NCBI GenBank assembly: GCA_963778655.1
Contig: CAVZVA010000010.1
Location: 768,001-832,000 of the forward strand
Source: an uncultured delta proteobacterium
GTDB lineage: Bacteria > Myxococcota_A > Polyangia > Polyangiales > JAFGIB01
DNA: 64,000 nucleotides
Direction of reading: 5' to 3'
Below are positions 55,622 to 64,000 of this stretch, in pieces (position 1 is the stretch's first letter; every line of letters starts with the position of its first letter). Below the pieces are notes generated by a model. The model was not told where the DNA came from. It saw nothing but the letters and a program-made list of their open reading frames with translations, and made no database searches. Position numbers and translations under genes: made by a program.

Positions 55622-58600
55622 ATGACTTGCGAAACTATCTTGGTGCGTAGCCAACGCAGTGGACGCTTCGGGCACCCGGTGGGACGCGCGCGCAGGCTGT
55701 TGTTGCTCGCGACGCTCCTGCTCGGGGCGGGCTGCAGCTCGTCGTCCAAGCCGGTGCAGCTGGTGGTCACGGCCCCTGAGGCCGACCAGACGCTGACCAT
55801 CAAGCACGACGACAACGACCCGGACAAGCCGGGGTTGCAGTTCGATGTCGCGGGCACCTCGAGAGGCATCGCCGCGAAGACCGTGGTCCAGCTGTTCATC
55901 GACGACACCAAACAGGCCGTCGACGCCATGGTGCAGGACAACGGCGACATCAAGCTGCCGGGTGTCACGCTGCCGCCCGGCAACCACAGCATCTACCTGC
56001 AGACGAGCACGGCCTCGGCGAGCAGCGACCACACCCAGAAGTACACGCTGAAGGCGCTCGAGATCAGCGCGCCCAGCAACGACGCGACGATCACGTCCAC
56101 AGACGACGAGGACTCGAGCACCGACGGGATTCAGATCAGCGTCAGCGTCAACGCCTACGCGGTGGACCTCACGCAGAAGGTCACGCTGATGCTCGACGGC
56201 CAGTCGGCCGGCAGCGAGCAGCCCGATAGCAGCGGCAAGGTGGTGTTCTCGGGGGTCACGCTGAGCAGCGGCAAGCACACCCTGCAGGCGCAGGTCCCCG
56301 ACGGGTCCGACACCATCGACTCGGCCGAGGTCAAGGTCACGGTGCAGGAGAGCTGCGCCGCGATCACGTTCATCAGCCCGGCGCCTCCCGCGAGCGGCCA
56401 GAGCATCACCCTGGGCGGCCCAGGCAAGTGCCCGGCCAACAGCAAGGATCCGTTCACCACGCGGGTCGAGATCTCGACCGACGCGGGCAACGGCCGCCCG
56501 GTGCACGTGCTGGTCAACGGCCAGTCCGCGATGTCGGGCACGGTCAACGGCGCCAACGCGGCCTTCGACGGCGTCGTGCTGGGCAACCGCATGAGCGCCA
56601 ACACGCTCGAGGTCCAGGTCCAGGACAGCAACGGCAACCTGTGTACCAAGAAGTTCCCGGCCGACATCCTCGTGGACTGCGCCGGGCCCGACTGCACGAT
56701 CGCGACCCCGATGCCCGCAACCTACGTGGACGGCGACGGCAACACCACGCTCTACCTGAACCACGCACTGACCGCTTCCGGTGGCACGGGCTTCGACATC
56801 CAGGTGGCGAGCAGCAGCGACGCCGTGGGCCAGGACGTGGAGCTGCTGGTCGACCGCAACTCACGCAAGCCCTTCACGGTACCGGCCGCGACCGACGGCA
56901 AGGCCTCGAGCGCGCTGTTCCAGGCCGTCCCGCTGAGCGAGGGCGCGCACACGATCGAGGCGCTGTGTACCGACGGCGCGGGCAACACCACCTCCTCGGG
57001 TGAGCTCGACTGGACCGTGGACACCAAGGCCTGCGACGTGAGCATCACCGACCCGGCGGCCGGCGCCGTGCTCGTCCCCGGCGACGACACCGACAGCGCC
57101 TCGAGCGGCACCCAGGTGGTCGCCACCTCCACCGTCACCGGTGGCGACTGCGTGGGCCAGCGCGCCAAGGTCTGCGACCCCACCGCGGGTATCACCGGCA
57201 CGGACTTCAGCACCTACGACGGCACCTCCCCGTTGCTCTCCACCATCACCCTGGACGACGCCCAAACCGACCAAAACCTCTGCGTCGAAATCCAAGACCA
57301 AGCCGGCAACGTGGGCCGCAGCGACGTGGGCGTGAGCTATCGGGGCACCGCACCCAAGGTCCTGATCGAGAGCCCTGCCGACGGCACCAAGATCAACGTC
57401 GCAGGCGGCACCGGCTACGTGGCGGACGCGGACACCAGCACGCCGACGGTCTGCGACGCAGCCTTCTCCATCGCCTGCACGGAGCTCGGCTCCCAGGTGG
57501 AGCTGCACCGCGATTCGGAGACCGGCGACGTGATCGCGATGGCCGAATGCAGCGCGTCCGCATCCGGAGAACCCGCGCTGCCTTCCGGTTACGCGGGCCG
57601 CGCCAAGCTCACGGCGGCCCCGTTCCAGCCCTCCAGCGCGGACGCGGTACTGGTGGCGACGCAAACGATCGGCGGCACATCGACCAAGACGCTGGTGGGG
57701 ACTTCCGATCCGATCACGCTGCATGGCGATTGCGCAGTGCCACTGCTGCTGTTCGGCAATGATCCTTGCAGAGCGGCAGCCAACAATCAGCTCACGGTCG
57801 CGCAGGCTGCCTCGCGCGACGTGATCGTCGGGGACGGCTCCCTCGATCTCGCCAGCGCCACCCTGTCGTTCACGAACACCGATGGGACGACTGGATCCCC
57901 CGCCGCGAGCGCTATCATTACGAGTCGGGCGACCTTTTCCGCCCTCAACCTGGGCGGGGTCGGCACCGTGACCATCAGTGCCACCGGCAAAGACGACTTC
58001 GACAACAGCGCGACCCTGATGTGCACGGCCACGATCGTGACGGATCTGCCTGCCATCACCGCGTTCACGTCGCCCCTCAACAACTCGGATCACGGGCCCG
58101 GACAGGGCTGCAACACGGGTACCGCGGGCCAGTACGGTATCCACGTCGTCGCGACCGCCGACAAGCAGGCGAACCGGACAGCTCAGGTGAGCGTGAACGG
58201 AACGGTGGTGGCGAGCAACGTCGCGATCGACGCCTCGGGCGGTATCGATGTTTGCGTACCAGTGGTGGACGACTCGCAAAACAATCCCGTCGGTCCGAGC
58301 GACGTGACCCTCAAGGTCTCCTCGACGCTCAGCACGGGGTTCGCGCAGCAAACGCGTTCCGTTCACGTGGACACCCTGCTCACTACTTCCCCGTCCGACG
58401 GTGCGACGCTGGTCAGCGGCGATAACTGTGCGAGCAGTGGCTTCGGCTACAACGTGGTCGTGAGCGTGGATCCGTCGCTCGACGGACAGATGTATACGAT
58501 CTCGAGCGGAGCGGGCAACGTCATGGGCACGGTCTCCGGCGCGCAGATCAGCGGCTGCGTGCCCCTGGCCGAAGGCCCGAACACGATCACGGCCAGCATC

Positions 58601-60463
58601 AACGGCAGCGCGACGATGCATGCCGTGCAAGTGACGGTCGACAATCTTCCGCCGACCCACGGCATCGTCATCAACAGCCCGACCTTCGACCCGGCGAGTG
58701 CCACGTACCGCGCTGGGGTGAACGCCACGTGGACCAAACCCACGGAGGACTGGGCTGGGCAGCTCCAGTCGTACGAGCTGCGATGCAGCGATACGGCCGT
58801 GGTCACCGGCTCGGAGGACGCTTGGTGGACAACGGCGACGCCCGTCACGCTGCCCGCGTCGCTCACGCCGGCGAGCGCCAGCCCATCCGCCTTGCTGCCA
58901 CTGCGGGTCGCCGAGCCTCGCAACTGCGTCGTGCGCGCTGCCGACTCTGCGGGTCAGCTCACGCCGATCATCAGCAGTACGGATCTTACGCTGAAGTTCC
59001 GCCAAGCCGTGCTCTCGAGCGGCGCGACTACCAGCCAACTCGGCCACGCAGTCGCCGCGGTCGGCGACATCGACGGAGACGGTATCGAGGACGTTGTTGT
59101 TGGGGGACAAGGTCGTGCGGAGCTGATCTTCGGGACCAGCGGCGATCCGACCATGGCCAAGAAGGTCGGGTTCGTCGGCTCGAGCGGTGGGGTTGGCTAC
59201 ATGGTGGCCGGACTGGGTGACTTCAACGGCGACGGGTTACCGGACTTCGCGGTGGACGACCCGTATTGGAGCTCCTACACCGGCCGCGTGTCAGTGTTCT
59301 TCGGACGACCCAAGGCGGACTGGCCGACGGCGGACATCGACATCGAGACAGCCTGCAATGCGGATTTGTGTCTGGAAAACGCCGCAACCAACGCCTTCTT
59401 CGGGTCCACCCTGCGCGGCGTCGGGAACTTCGACGGAAGCGGCGCAGCGGACCTCGCGATCGGCTCCCCGTACGCTCCAAGCTTCTCCAATCAAGGCCAG
59501 CTCGTGATTGTGCTCGGCAACGCGTACGAGACACGTTCGTGCACCGACAATACGGGCTGCCGAAGCACCGAGAGCTGCGTCAGCGGTGCGTGCAAAGTCA
59601 ACACAGGACCCTTTTGGAAGCTGCGGTACGAAATGCCTTCGGGCAACTGGCTGGACGCGCCGTCGGGCACGCCGCAGTTGTTGAGGGGGTTCTTCATCAA
59701 CTGGGCCACCGCTTCGGACGCCTTCGGTTATGCCATCGCCGGTGTGGGCAACTTTGACAGCACATCTGGCGAGGATCTGGTGGTTTCGGCTGCGGGTGCG
59801 GGGAAGGTCTACTACCTGTCGGGTCGTGCGAACACGCCACCTGGGATGGATCCGATCACAGCGAGCGACTTCGGCCTACGTGCTGCGAATGGCATCCCCA
59901 GCGGCCAGCCGATTGCCACCGGCAGCTCGACGAATGCCTTCGGATCGGTGTTGGGGGCGCTTGGCAATCTCTACGACGTGGCGGGAGCGAGCACGACCGG
60001 ACCCGATCTCGCGATCTCCGATTCAATTTCGGGCCAGATGTACGTCCAGCCCGGCGATTCGGCCAGCGGCAGCAGCGCTGACTTCACGGCGGCTCGCATC
60101 ACCATCCAGGGGCCGAGCAGCAACATCGGCATCTCGGTGGCCCAGGCATTCCTGCCCACCTTGGGCCTGGTCGGTGACCTCGATGCAGACGGCCGGGGAG
60201 ACCTGTTCACCGGGACGCGGCTGAGCAAGGACGTTGTGCTCTGGTACGCCGACCGCTTTGCGTCGGCCGTGAGCAGTAATACAGTCAACAAGTCCTCGGG
60301 CATCTCGATGACGCTGCAATCGCAAACGGCAGACACAGCCACCCTTGTAACGGCGTACGTTGGTGACTTCACCGGGGACGGCTACCCGGATATGGTGGTG
60401 GGTGACTACAACGCTACCGGCCAGGGCCAGGCCAACCACGGCCAAGCGGTCCTCTTCTACTAG
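55622..60463 (+). CDS. 1613-aa surface lipoprotein with tandem Ig-like domains and a C-terminal FG-GAP/integrin-alpha-like propeller
   Basis: Lipobox LGAGC. DxD..GxQ loops (DNDPDKPGLQ, DEDSSTDGIQ, DTDSASSGTQ). GDIDGDGIEDVVVG, GDFNGDGLPDF, GDLDADGRGDL, GDFTGDGYPDM. Confidence 0.88.
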   Translation: MTCETILVRSQRSGRFGHPVGRARRLLLLATLLLGAGCSSSSKPVQLVVTAPEADQTLTIKHDDNDPDKPGLQFDVAGTSRGIAAKTVVQLFIDDTKQAVDAMVQDNGDIKLPGVTLPPGNHSIYLQTSTASASSDHTQKYTLKALEISAPSNDATITSTDDEDSSTDGIQISVSVNAYAVDLTQKVTLMLDGQSAGSEQPDSSGKVVFSGVTLSSGKHTLQAQVPDGSDTIDSAEVKVTVQESCAAITFISPAPPASGQSITLGGPGKCPANSKDPFTTRVEISTDAGNGRPVHVLVNGQSAMSGTVNGANAAFDGVVLGNRMSANTLEVQVQDSNGNLCTKKFPADILVDCAGPDCTIATPMPATYVDGDGNTTLYLNHALTASGGTGFDIQVASSSDAVGQDVELLVDRNSRKPFTVPAATDGKASSALFQAVPLSEGAHTIEALCTDGAGNTTSSGELDWTVDTKACDVSITDPAAGAVLVPGDDTDSASSGTQVVATSTVTGGDCVGQRAKVCDPTAGITGTDFSTYDGTSPLLSTITLDDAQTDQNLCVEIQDQAGNVGRSDVGVSYRGTAPKVLIESPADGTKINVAGGTGYVADADTSTPTVCDAAFSIACTELGSQVELHRDSETGDVIAMAECSASASGEPALPSGYAGRAKLTAAPFQPSSADAVLVATQTIGGTSTKTLVGTSDPITLHGDCAVPLLLFGNDPCRAAANNQLTVAQAASRDVIVGDGSLDLASATLSFTNTDGTTGSPAASAIITSRATFSALNLGGVGTVTISATGKDDFDNSATLMCTATIVTDLPAITAFTSPLNNSDHGPGQGCNTGTAGQYGIHVVATADKQANRTAQVSVNGTVVASNVAIDASGGIDVCVPVVDDSQNNPVGPSDVTLKVSSTLSTGFAQQTRSVHVDTLLTTSPSDGATLVSGDNCASSGFGYNVVVSVDPSLDGQMYTISSGAGNVMGTVSGAQISGCVPLAEGPNTITASINGSATMHAVQVTVDNLPPTHGIVINSPTFDPASATYRAGVNATWTKPTEDWAGQLQSYELRCSDTAVVTGSEDAWWTTATPVTLPASLTPASASPSALLPLRVAEPRNCVVRAADSAGQLTPIISSTDLTLKFRQAVLSSGATTSQLGHAVAAVGDIDGDGIEDVVVGGQGRAELIFGTSGDPTMAKKVGFVGSSGGVGYMVAGLGDFNGDGLPDFAVDDPYWSSYTGRVSVFFGRPKADWPTADIDIETACNADLCLENAATNAFFGSTLRGVGNFDGSGAADLAIGSPYAPSFSNQGQLVIVLGNAYETRSCTDNTGCRSTESCVSGACKVNTGPFWKLRYEMPSGNWLDAPSGTPQLLRGFFINWATASDAFGYAIAGVGNFDSTSGEDLVVSAAGAGKVYYLSGRANTPPGMDPITASDFGLRAANGIPSGQPIATGSSTNAFGSVLGALGNLYDVAGASTTGPDLAISDSISGQMYVQPGDSASGSSADFTAARITIQGPSSNIGISVAQAFLPTLGLVGDLDADGRGDLFTGTRLSKDVVLWYADRFASAVSSNTVNKSSGISMTLQSQTADTATLVTAYVGDFTGDGYPDMVVGDYNATGQGQANHGQAVLFY

Positions 60464-60484
60464 GAATCGCGAGAGGTGAACCCC

Positions 60485-60640
60485 ATGGCATCGAACGAGA
60501 CCAGTAGCTCCCAAAGAAATGCTCCCGAGCGCCGGCCGTACGAGCCGCCGCGCGTCGAGGAGACGGGCGTCTTCGAGCGCTTGCAGCTGGCCTGCAGCCG
60601 CTCCGACTCCACCTGCGGCCCAATCGATACCTATTCCTAA
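60485..60640 (+). CDS. RiPP precursor peptide, 51 aa: MASNETSSSQRNAPERRPYEPPRVEETGVFERLQLACSRSDSTCGPIDTYS
   Basis: Translated by hand and absent from the ORF track. Strong RBS GAGAGGTGA 5 nt upstream, YxxPxV RRE-binding leader motif, two CX3D motifs, same strand as the RRE and rSAM genes. Confidence 0.88.
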   Translation: MASNETSSSQRNAPERRPYEPPRVEETGVFERLQLACSRSDSTCGPIDTYS

Positions 60641-60993
60641 GTCGGTCAGCCACCTCGCCATTGGATGGCTCTGCCACCGTCTCTTCGCAAGCACCGGGTG
60701 GTCACCGTGAACTCCCCGATCGAGCAACCAGGCGGCAGGCAATGATCAGCAGGGTGCCGGTCCCTCGCCCCATCCGCCCTGACTTGAGCGTGTGGCCACT
60801 TCGGCTCAGTGTACACCTAACACACTCTCGTAATACGGTCCTCGGTCATCCACTACGCCGCGACGAACTCGTCGAATGAGCCACCACCGAGCGAGCGAAA
60901 GTGCACGCGCCGAACTCTCGGAACCAGGGGCCGCTCGAATCGGCGATTCGCGGTGGCACCTCACGTGGGACCCGCTCATGCGGGGGCCACCGC

Positions 60994-61362
60994 ATGAGTA
61001 GCCCGACCACCTTGCTGCCACACCGAATCTGCGCGGGTTCCTCGATGGCACCGACCGTTCGAATCGGGGAAACGGTGGATGTGGTTGCTTGCAAACGCGG
61101 TCGCCCCGGAGACGCCGTGTTGTTTGTCGGCACTGGCGGCGACTTCGATGTGCTCCACCGCTTCGTGGTCAAGGTGCCATTCGTGCCCTACTTCGTGCAC
61201 CGCGGCGATGCGCTCGAGGCGCGCGTCGGCCTGGCCCGCTGCGATCGCATCATCGGACGTGCACTGCTCGCTCGACGGCCTCCCAGAGTTCGCGACTACT
61301 GTGCCGGGCTCTGGTTGATGGTCCGTACCGCCCTTGCTCGCCTCGTGCGCACGCGGGCTTGA
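60994..61362 (+). CDS. S24/S26-family (signal-peptidase-like) serine peptidase, candidate leader peptidase
   Basis: GSSMAPTV..GE, PGDAVLF, VLHRF, HRGDA, IIGR (Ser/His-type S26 pattern). Confidence 0.75.
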   Translation: MSSPTTLLPHRICAGSSMAPTVRIGETVDVVACKRGRPGDAVLFVGTGGDFDVLHRFVVKVPFVPYFVHRGDALEARVGLARCDRIIGRALLARRPPRVRDYCAGLWLMVRTALARLVRTRA

Positions 61363-61839
61363 TCCATCGCGCCGCCCTCACCACTGCGTGGCGCCACGCC
61401 GAATTCGGTGCCAAGCTCTCACTGCTGCGAATCTGAGTTTCCAACCCAGGACGACCGGATCGCATCGCCTGTGCATGACGGCGAAATCGGCCGCTTGATG
61501 TGCAAGCCGCCGCCGGTGTGCCGGCGCCGTCAGCACCCGAAATAGCTCCGGGCCGGTCTCGTGGTACGCGACGAAGTTGTGGGGGACCGGCCGACTGCCA
61601 GTTTTCGAAGGCGGCAAAGCAGTGCCAGCGGACCGGTGCGATTGCGTCGAGCTCGGCCACGGTGTCAGGCATCAGCTCGCTTGACACGCACAAAGGCCCG
61701 ACCTTGGCCCGACCTTTTCGCGCTTGCGAAGGTGCCGCATCGCAGTGCGGGCGCGAGCATAGAACACTTCCGGCCGCAGAGACTAGCGCGCGGTCCGTTC
61801 GCGCCGGATTCGGTGGGCGGGAGACAAGACTCCCAGCGC

Positions 61840-63315
61840 TCATGCAGGCGTCGCGCCCACGAGACCCATGTCGATCAGCAATTGCAGCGCTGCACGAAGG
61901 TCGGCAGATGACAAGCCCTCCGCTGAGGCGACCTCACGAAGCTCACGCCACCGCGCAGGCCGATCCAGTGTCGTCCAGACCCAGCCCATCAGGGGTTCGA
62001 GCCGGAGTGAATTCTGCCAGACCGGATCGAGAACCCGGCACAGCCCGTCCGCATCAACCGTCGCATCCACGATCCGATAGTAGCGGCGGTCGTCGGCCGC
62101 CGCCGGCGCTTCTGCTGACACCATACACTCGTGCACGGCTCGGTAGGCGAACGTCCCGGCATGCGGCAACCGAAGCGTATCAGACACCGCTCGACTGTCC
62201 GCCCCGGGAAGCTGGATCGCCCGTTGTGCAAAGGCCACGAGTAACGCATCGGCGTCCGGCGCCAGAGTTATTCTGCGCGTGTCTATCGCTTTGCCAACGG
62301 CAGCGCCGACAGCGCGATCGATGAAGCGATAGAGACGCAGTGCGAACGCCGCAATCGAGAAACGCCGTCGGGCCCAACGGCGTGCGTTCCCGCTCAGGCG
62401 TGCGCGCATGCCCGAGTTGTCCAGCAATGCGATCGCCGGCGCCAGAAGCGCGAGCCAGTCGATCCTGCGCTCTCCAGCGATCAAGTAGCTGTCGGCGTAG
62501 AACCCGGTCTCCGCAGGCAGGACCGAGTCTCGGATGCCTCCCCAGCGCGATGCGAGCACGGGCACACCGCACGCCTGCGCCTCCACCGGGCACAGTCCAA
62601 AGTTCTCTTTACGATTGAGCGTGAGGTGCACGAACAGGTCCGCCGCGTTGTAGAGCCCTAATAGCTGTCTCGGCGTGCGGGACCCCGCGAAGCGCACGGC
62701 TTCCGCCATGCCAAGCCTGCGAGCCAGCTCCTCGAGATAGGCCAGCTGCTTTGGTTTGCCGGAGCCGGCGACGACACAAACCGCGTCGCTGCGAACACGC
62801 CGGAGCTCGCACAGCAAGAGCAGCGCGGACTGCACGTTCTTTTGCGGCTCGAGCGAGGATGCGGTCAAGAGCAGCGGTGCGTCTCGAGGGATGTCCAGGG
62901 CGTCACGCGTGGGGGCGCGGAACGCGGCTTCAGGTCGAAAGAACTCGGTATCCACGAACAAGGGCAACCAGACCTTACCGCAGAACCGGTCGCCACCGAA
63001 TCGTGCCACGATGCACGCGTCCGAGCTCGAGCTCAGGGCCAACGTATCGCAAACGCGGAGCAGAGGTACGGTCAGCAGCCAATGACCGGGATCGCCCAGA
63101 GCGCCATGGGCGAAGATCAGTCGGGGAGGCCCACTTGCGGGGGCTTCCTGCAGGCCGCCACAGACTACGAGATCGGCATCAACAGGTTCGACGATCTCAT
63201 AGCGCGACTCCAGCAGCCTTCGGATCACTGCATTCGTGCGCCGAACCGAGTCGGTTTCACTCGTCGGATCCAGGTCGGGCAGCACTAAGCCGAGGCGCGT
63301 CACGCGGGGCCGCAC
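61840..63315 (-). CDS. GT4 glycosyltransferase with a C-terminal winged-helix (RRE-like) domain
   Basis: VDTEFFRP, PQKN, LYNAADLFV, ENFGLCPVEAQACGVPV. Tail LEPLMGWVWTTLD..DLRAALQLLIDMGLV. Confidence 0.85.
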   Translation of the reverse strand: MRPRVTRLGLVLPDLDPTSETDSVRRTNAVIRRLLESRYEIVEPVDADLVVCGGLQEAPASGPPRLIFAHGALGDPGHWLLTVPLLRVCDTLALSSSSDACIVARFGGDRFCGKVWLPLFVDTEFFRPEAAFRAPTRDALDIPRDAPLLLTASSLEPQKNVQSALLLLCELRRVRSDAVCVVAGSGKPKQLAYLEELARRLGMAEAVRFAGSRTPRQLLGLYNAADLFVHLTLNRKENFGLCPVEAQACGVPVLASRWGGIRDSVLPAETGFYADSYLIAGERRIDWLALLAPAIALLDNSGMRARLSGNARRWARRRFSIAAFALRLYRFIDRAVGAAVGKAIDTRRITLAPDADALLVAFAQRAIQLPGADSRAVSDTLRLPHAGTFAYRAVHECMVSAEAPAAADDRRYYRIVDATVDADGLCRVLDPVWQNSLRLEPLMGWVWTTLDRPARWRELREVASAEGLSSADLRAALQLLIDMGLVGATPA

Positions 63316-63431
63316 ACGCCGATCCTTTCCACGTATTTGGCCTGCCGCAACCCCAAGGGGTGTACACCACGCAATTGTCGAGCCTGGCCTGGCCAGCTTT
63401 GCTGGATCGAGTGTACGCTAAGGGCCCAGCT

Positions 63432-64000
63432 GTGTTGATCCGCGAACAGTCATCGCGACGGCACGCGGCGATCGCTCGCACGTTCGGACCGCCGCGCAGC
63501 CCCACACGAGCGCAGCTCGACGTTCCGGCACTTCATGTACCGGTGCGACGAAGGCGTTTCGAAGTCATGGAACGTGTGCTCTTGGAACGCGTTCGGGGAG
63601 ACATATGTGTATTGGACGTCGGCTGCGGAAGCGGTCGCTTTACCGTGCAGCTGGCGGTGCGTAGCGTGGTTGGCATCGACAGAGATCGCCACCGGCTCAG
63701 GCTTGCGCACGAGCACGGAGTACCGTCGATACTTGCGGATGCTCACGCGCTGCCGTTCCGGTCGGCGGCTTTCGATTCCGTTGTCGCATCCGACGGCTCA
63801 TTCTGGTGCCTCGATCAAGATCGGGCTCTATCCGAATGCGCGCGTGTGCTCAGACCTGGCGGCATGCTTGCGGTCCACTACCCGACCGATAAGATTTGGT
63901 CACCGCGTAAGCCATTGGGCTTCGCCAGCGATAGAGGAGTCGATGCAACCAAATCGGGGGTCAGCCTCATCGCTACTGCCCGGAGGAACGGATTCAGGCT
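63432..64000 (+). CDS. Class I SAM-dependent methyltransferase (3'-truncated by the window end)
   Basis: Translated by hand and absent from the ORF track: VLDVGCGSGRF, VVGID, ADAHALPF..FDSVV, ECARVLRPGG. Start uncertain (GTG 63432 or ATG 63567). Confidence 0.88.
   Translation, partial: MLIREQSSRRHAAIARTFGPPRSPTRAQLDVPALHVPVRRRRFEVMERVLLERVRGDICVLDVGCGSGRFTVQLAVRSVVGIDRDRHRLRLAHEHGVPSILADAHALPFRSAAFDSVVASDGSFWCLDQDRALSECARVLRPGGMLAVHYPTDKIWSPRKPLGFASDRGVDATKSGVSLIATARRNGFR

Noticed and set aside
60485..60640. Lasso peptide precursor
   Set aside because: It has a YxxP leader and a kinase, but no asparagine-synthetase-like cyclase or transglutaminase-like B2 protease is in the window, and there is no Thr at -2 of the likely core. 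This cannot be fully excluded beyond the window edge.
61250..61843. 197-aa minus-strand ORF coupled (ATGA) to the GT4 stop
   Set aside because: It has no recognisable motifs and overlaps the S26 gene. It may be a frameshifted remnant but cannot be supported.
63450..63746. 98-aa minus-strand ORF from the track
   Set aside because: It is the shadow of the clear + strand methyltransferase.
1..64000. tRNA, rRNA, transposase, integrase or prophage genes
   Set aside because: None was recognised by eye. tRNAscan-SE, Infernal and ISEScan would be needed to exclude them formally.

Overview
This is a high-GC chromosomal window, most likely from a Myxococcota (Polyangia-like) genome, judged by a MYXO-CTERM-like tail, a myxobacterial PilZ paralogue and many Cys/Gly-rich lipoproteins. 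Positions 1-52.8 kb hold mixed housekeeping and accessory genes: ECF sigma/anti-sigma, esterase, a DUF4266/DUF3570/heme-c lipoprotein operon, MFS, a radical SAM repair gene with a LexA-like box, tag, a HisJ-type phosphatase, an efflux operon lacking a permease, an HMG-CoA synthase-like enzyme, aroE, xseA, folK, rhomboid, DinG/YoaA, DegT, patatin and a cNMP-binding protein. Two families of dispersed palindromic repeats and a 108-bp tandem array are interspersed. The most notable region is ~53-64 kb, an apparently undescribed RiPP locus: HPr-kinase-like kinase, PqqD/RRE, radical SAM-SPASM enzyme, a 1613-aa Ig/FG-GAP lipoprotein, and a 51-aa precursor missed by the ORF track (60485-60640). The precursor has a YxxP leader and a core, CSRSDSTCGPIDTYS, with two CX3D motifs and a C-terminal Ser. 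An S24/S26-type peptidase, a GT4 glycosyltransferase with a C-terminal RRE-like domain, and a SAM methyltransferase running off the window edge follow it. All calls come from motif recognition by eye; no database searches were run. No rRNA, tRNA, CRISPR array or transposase was recognised.
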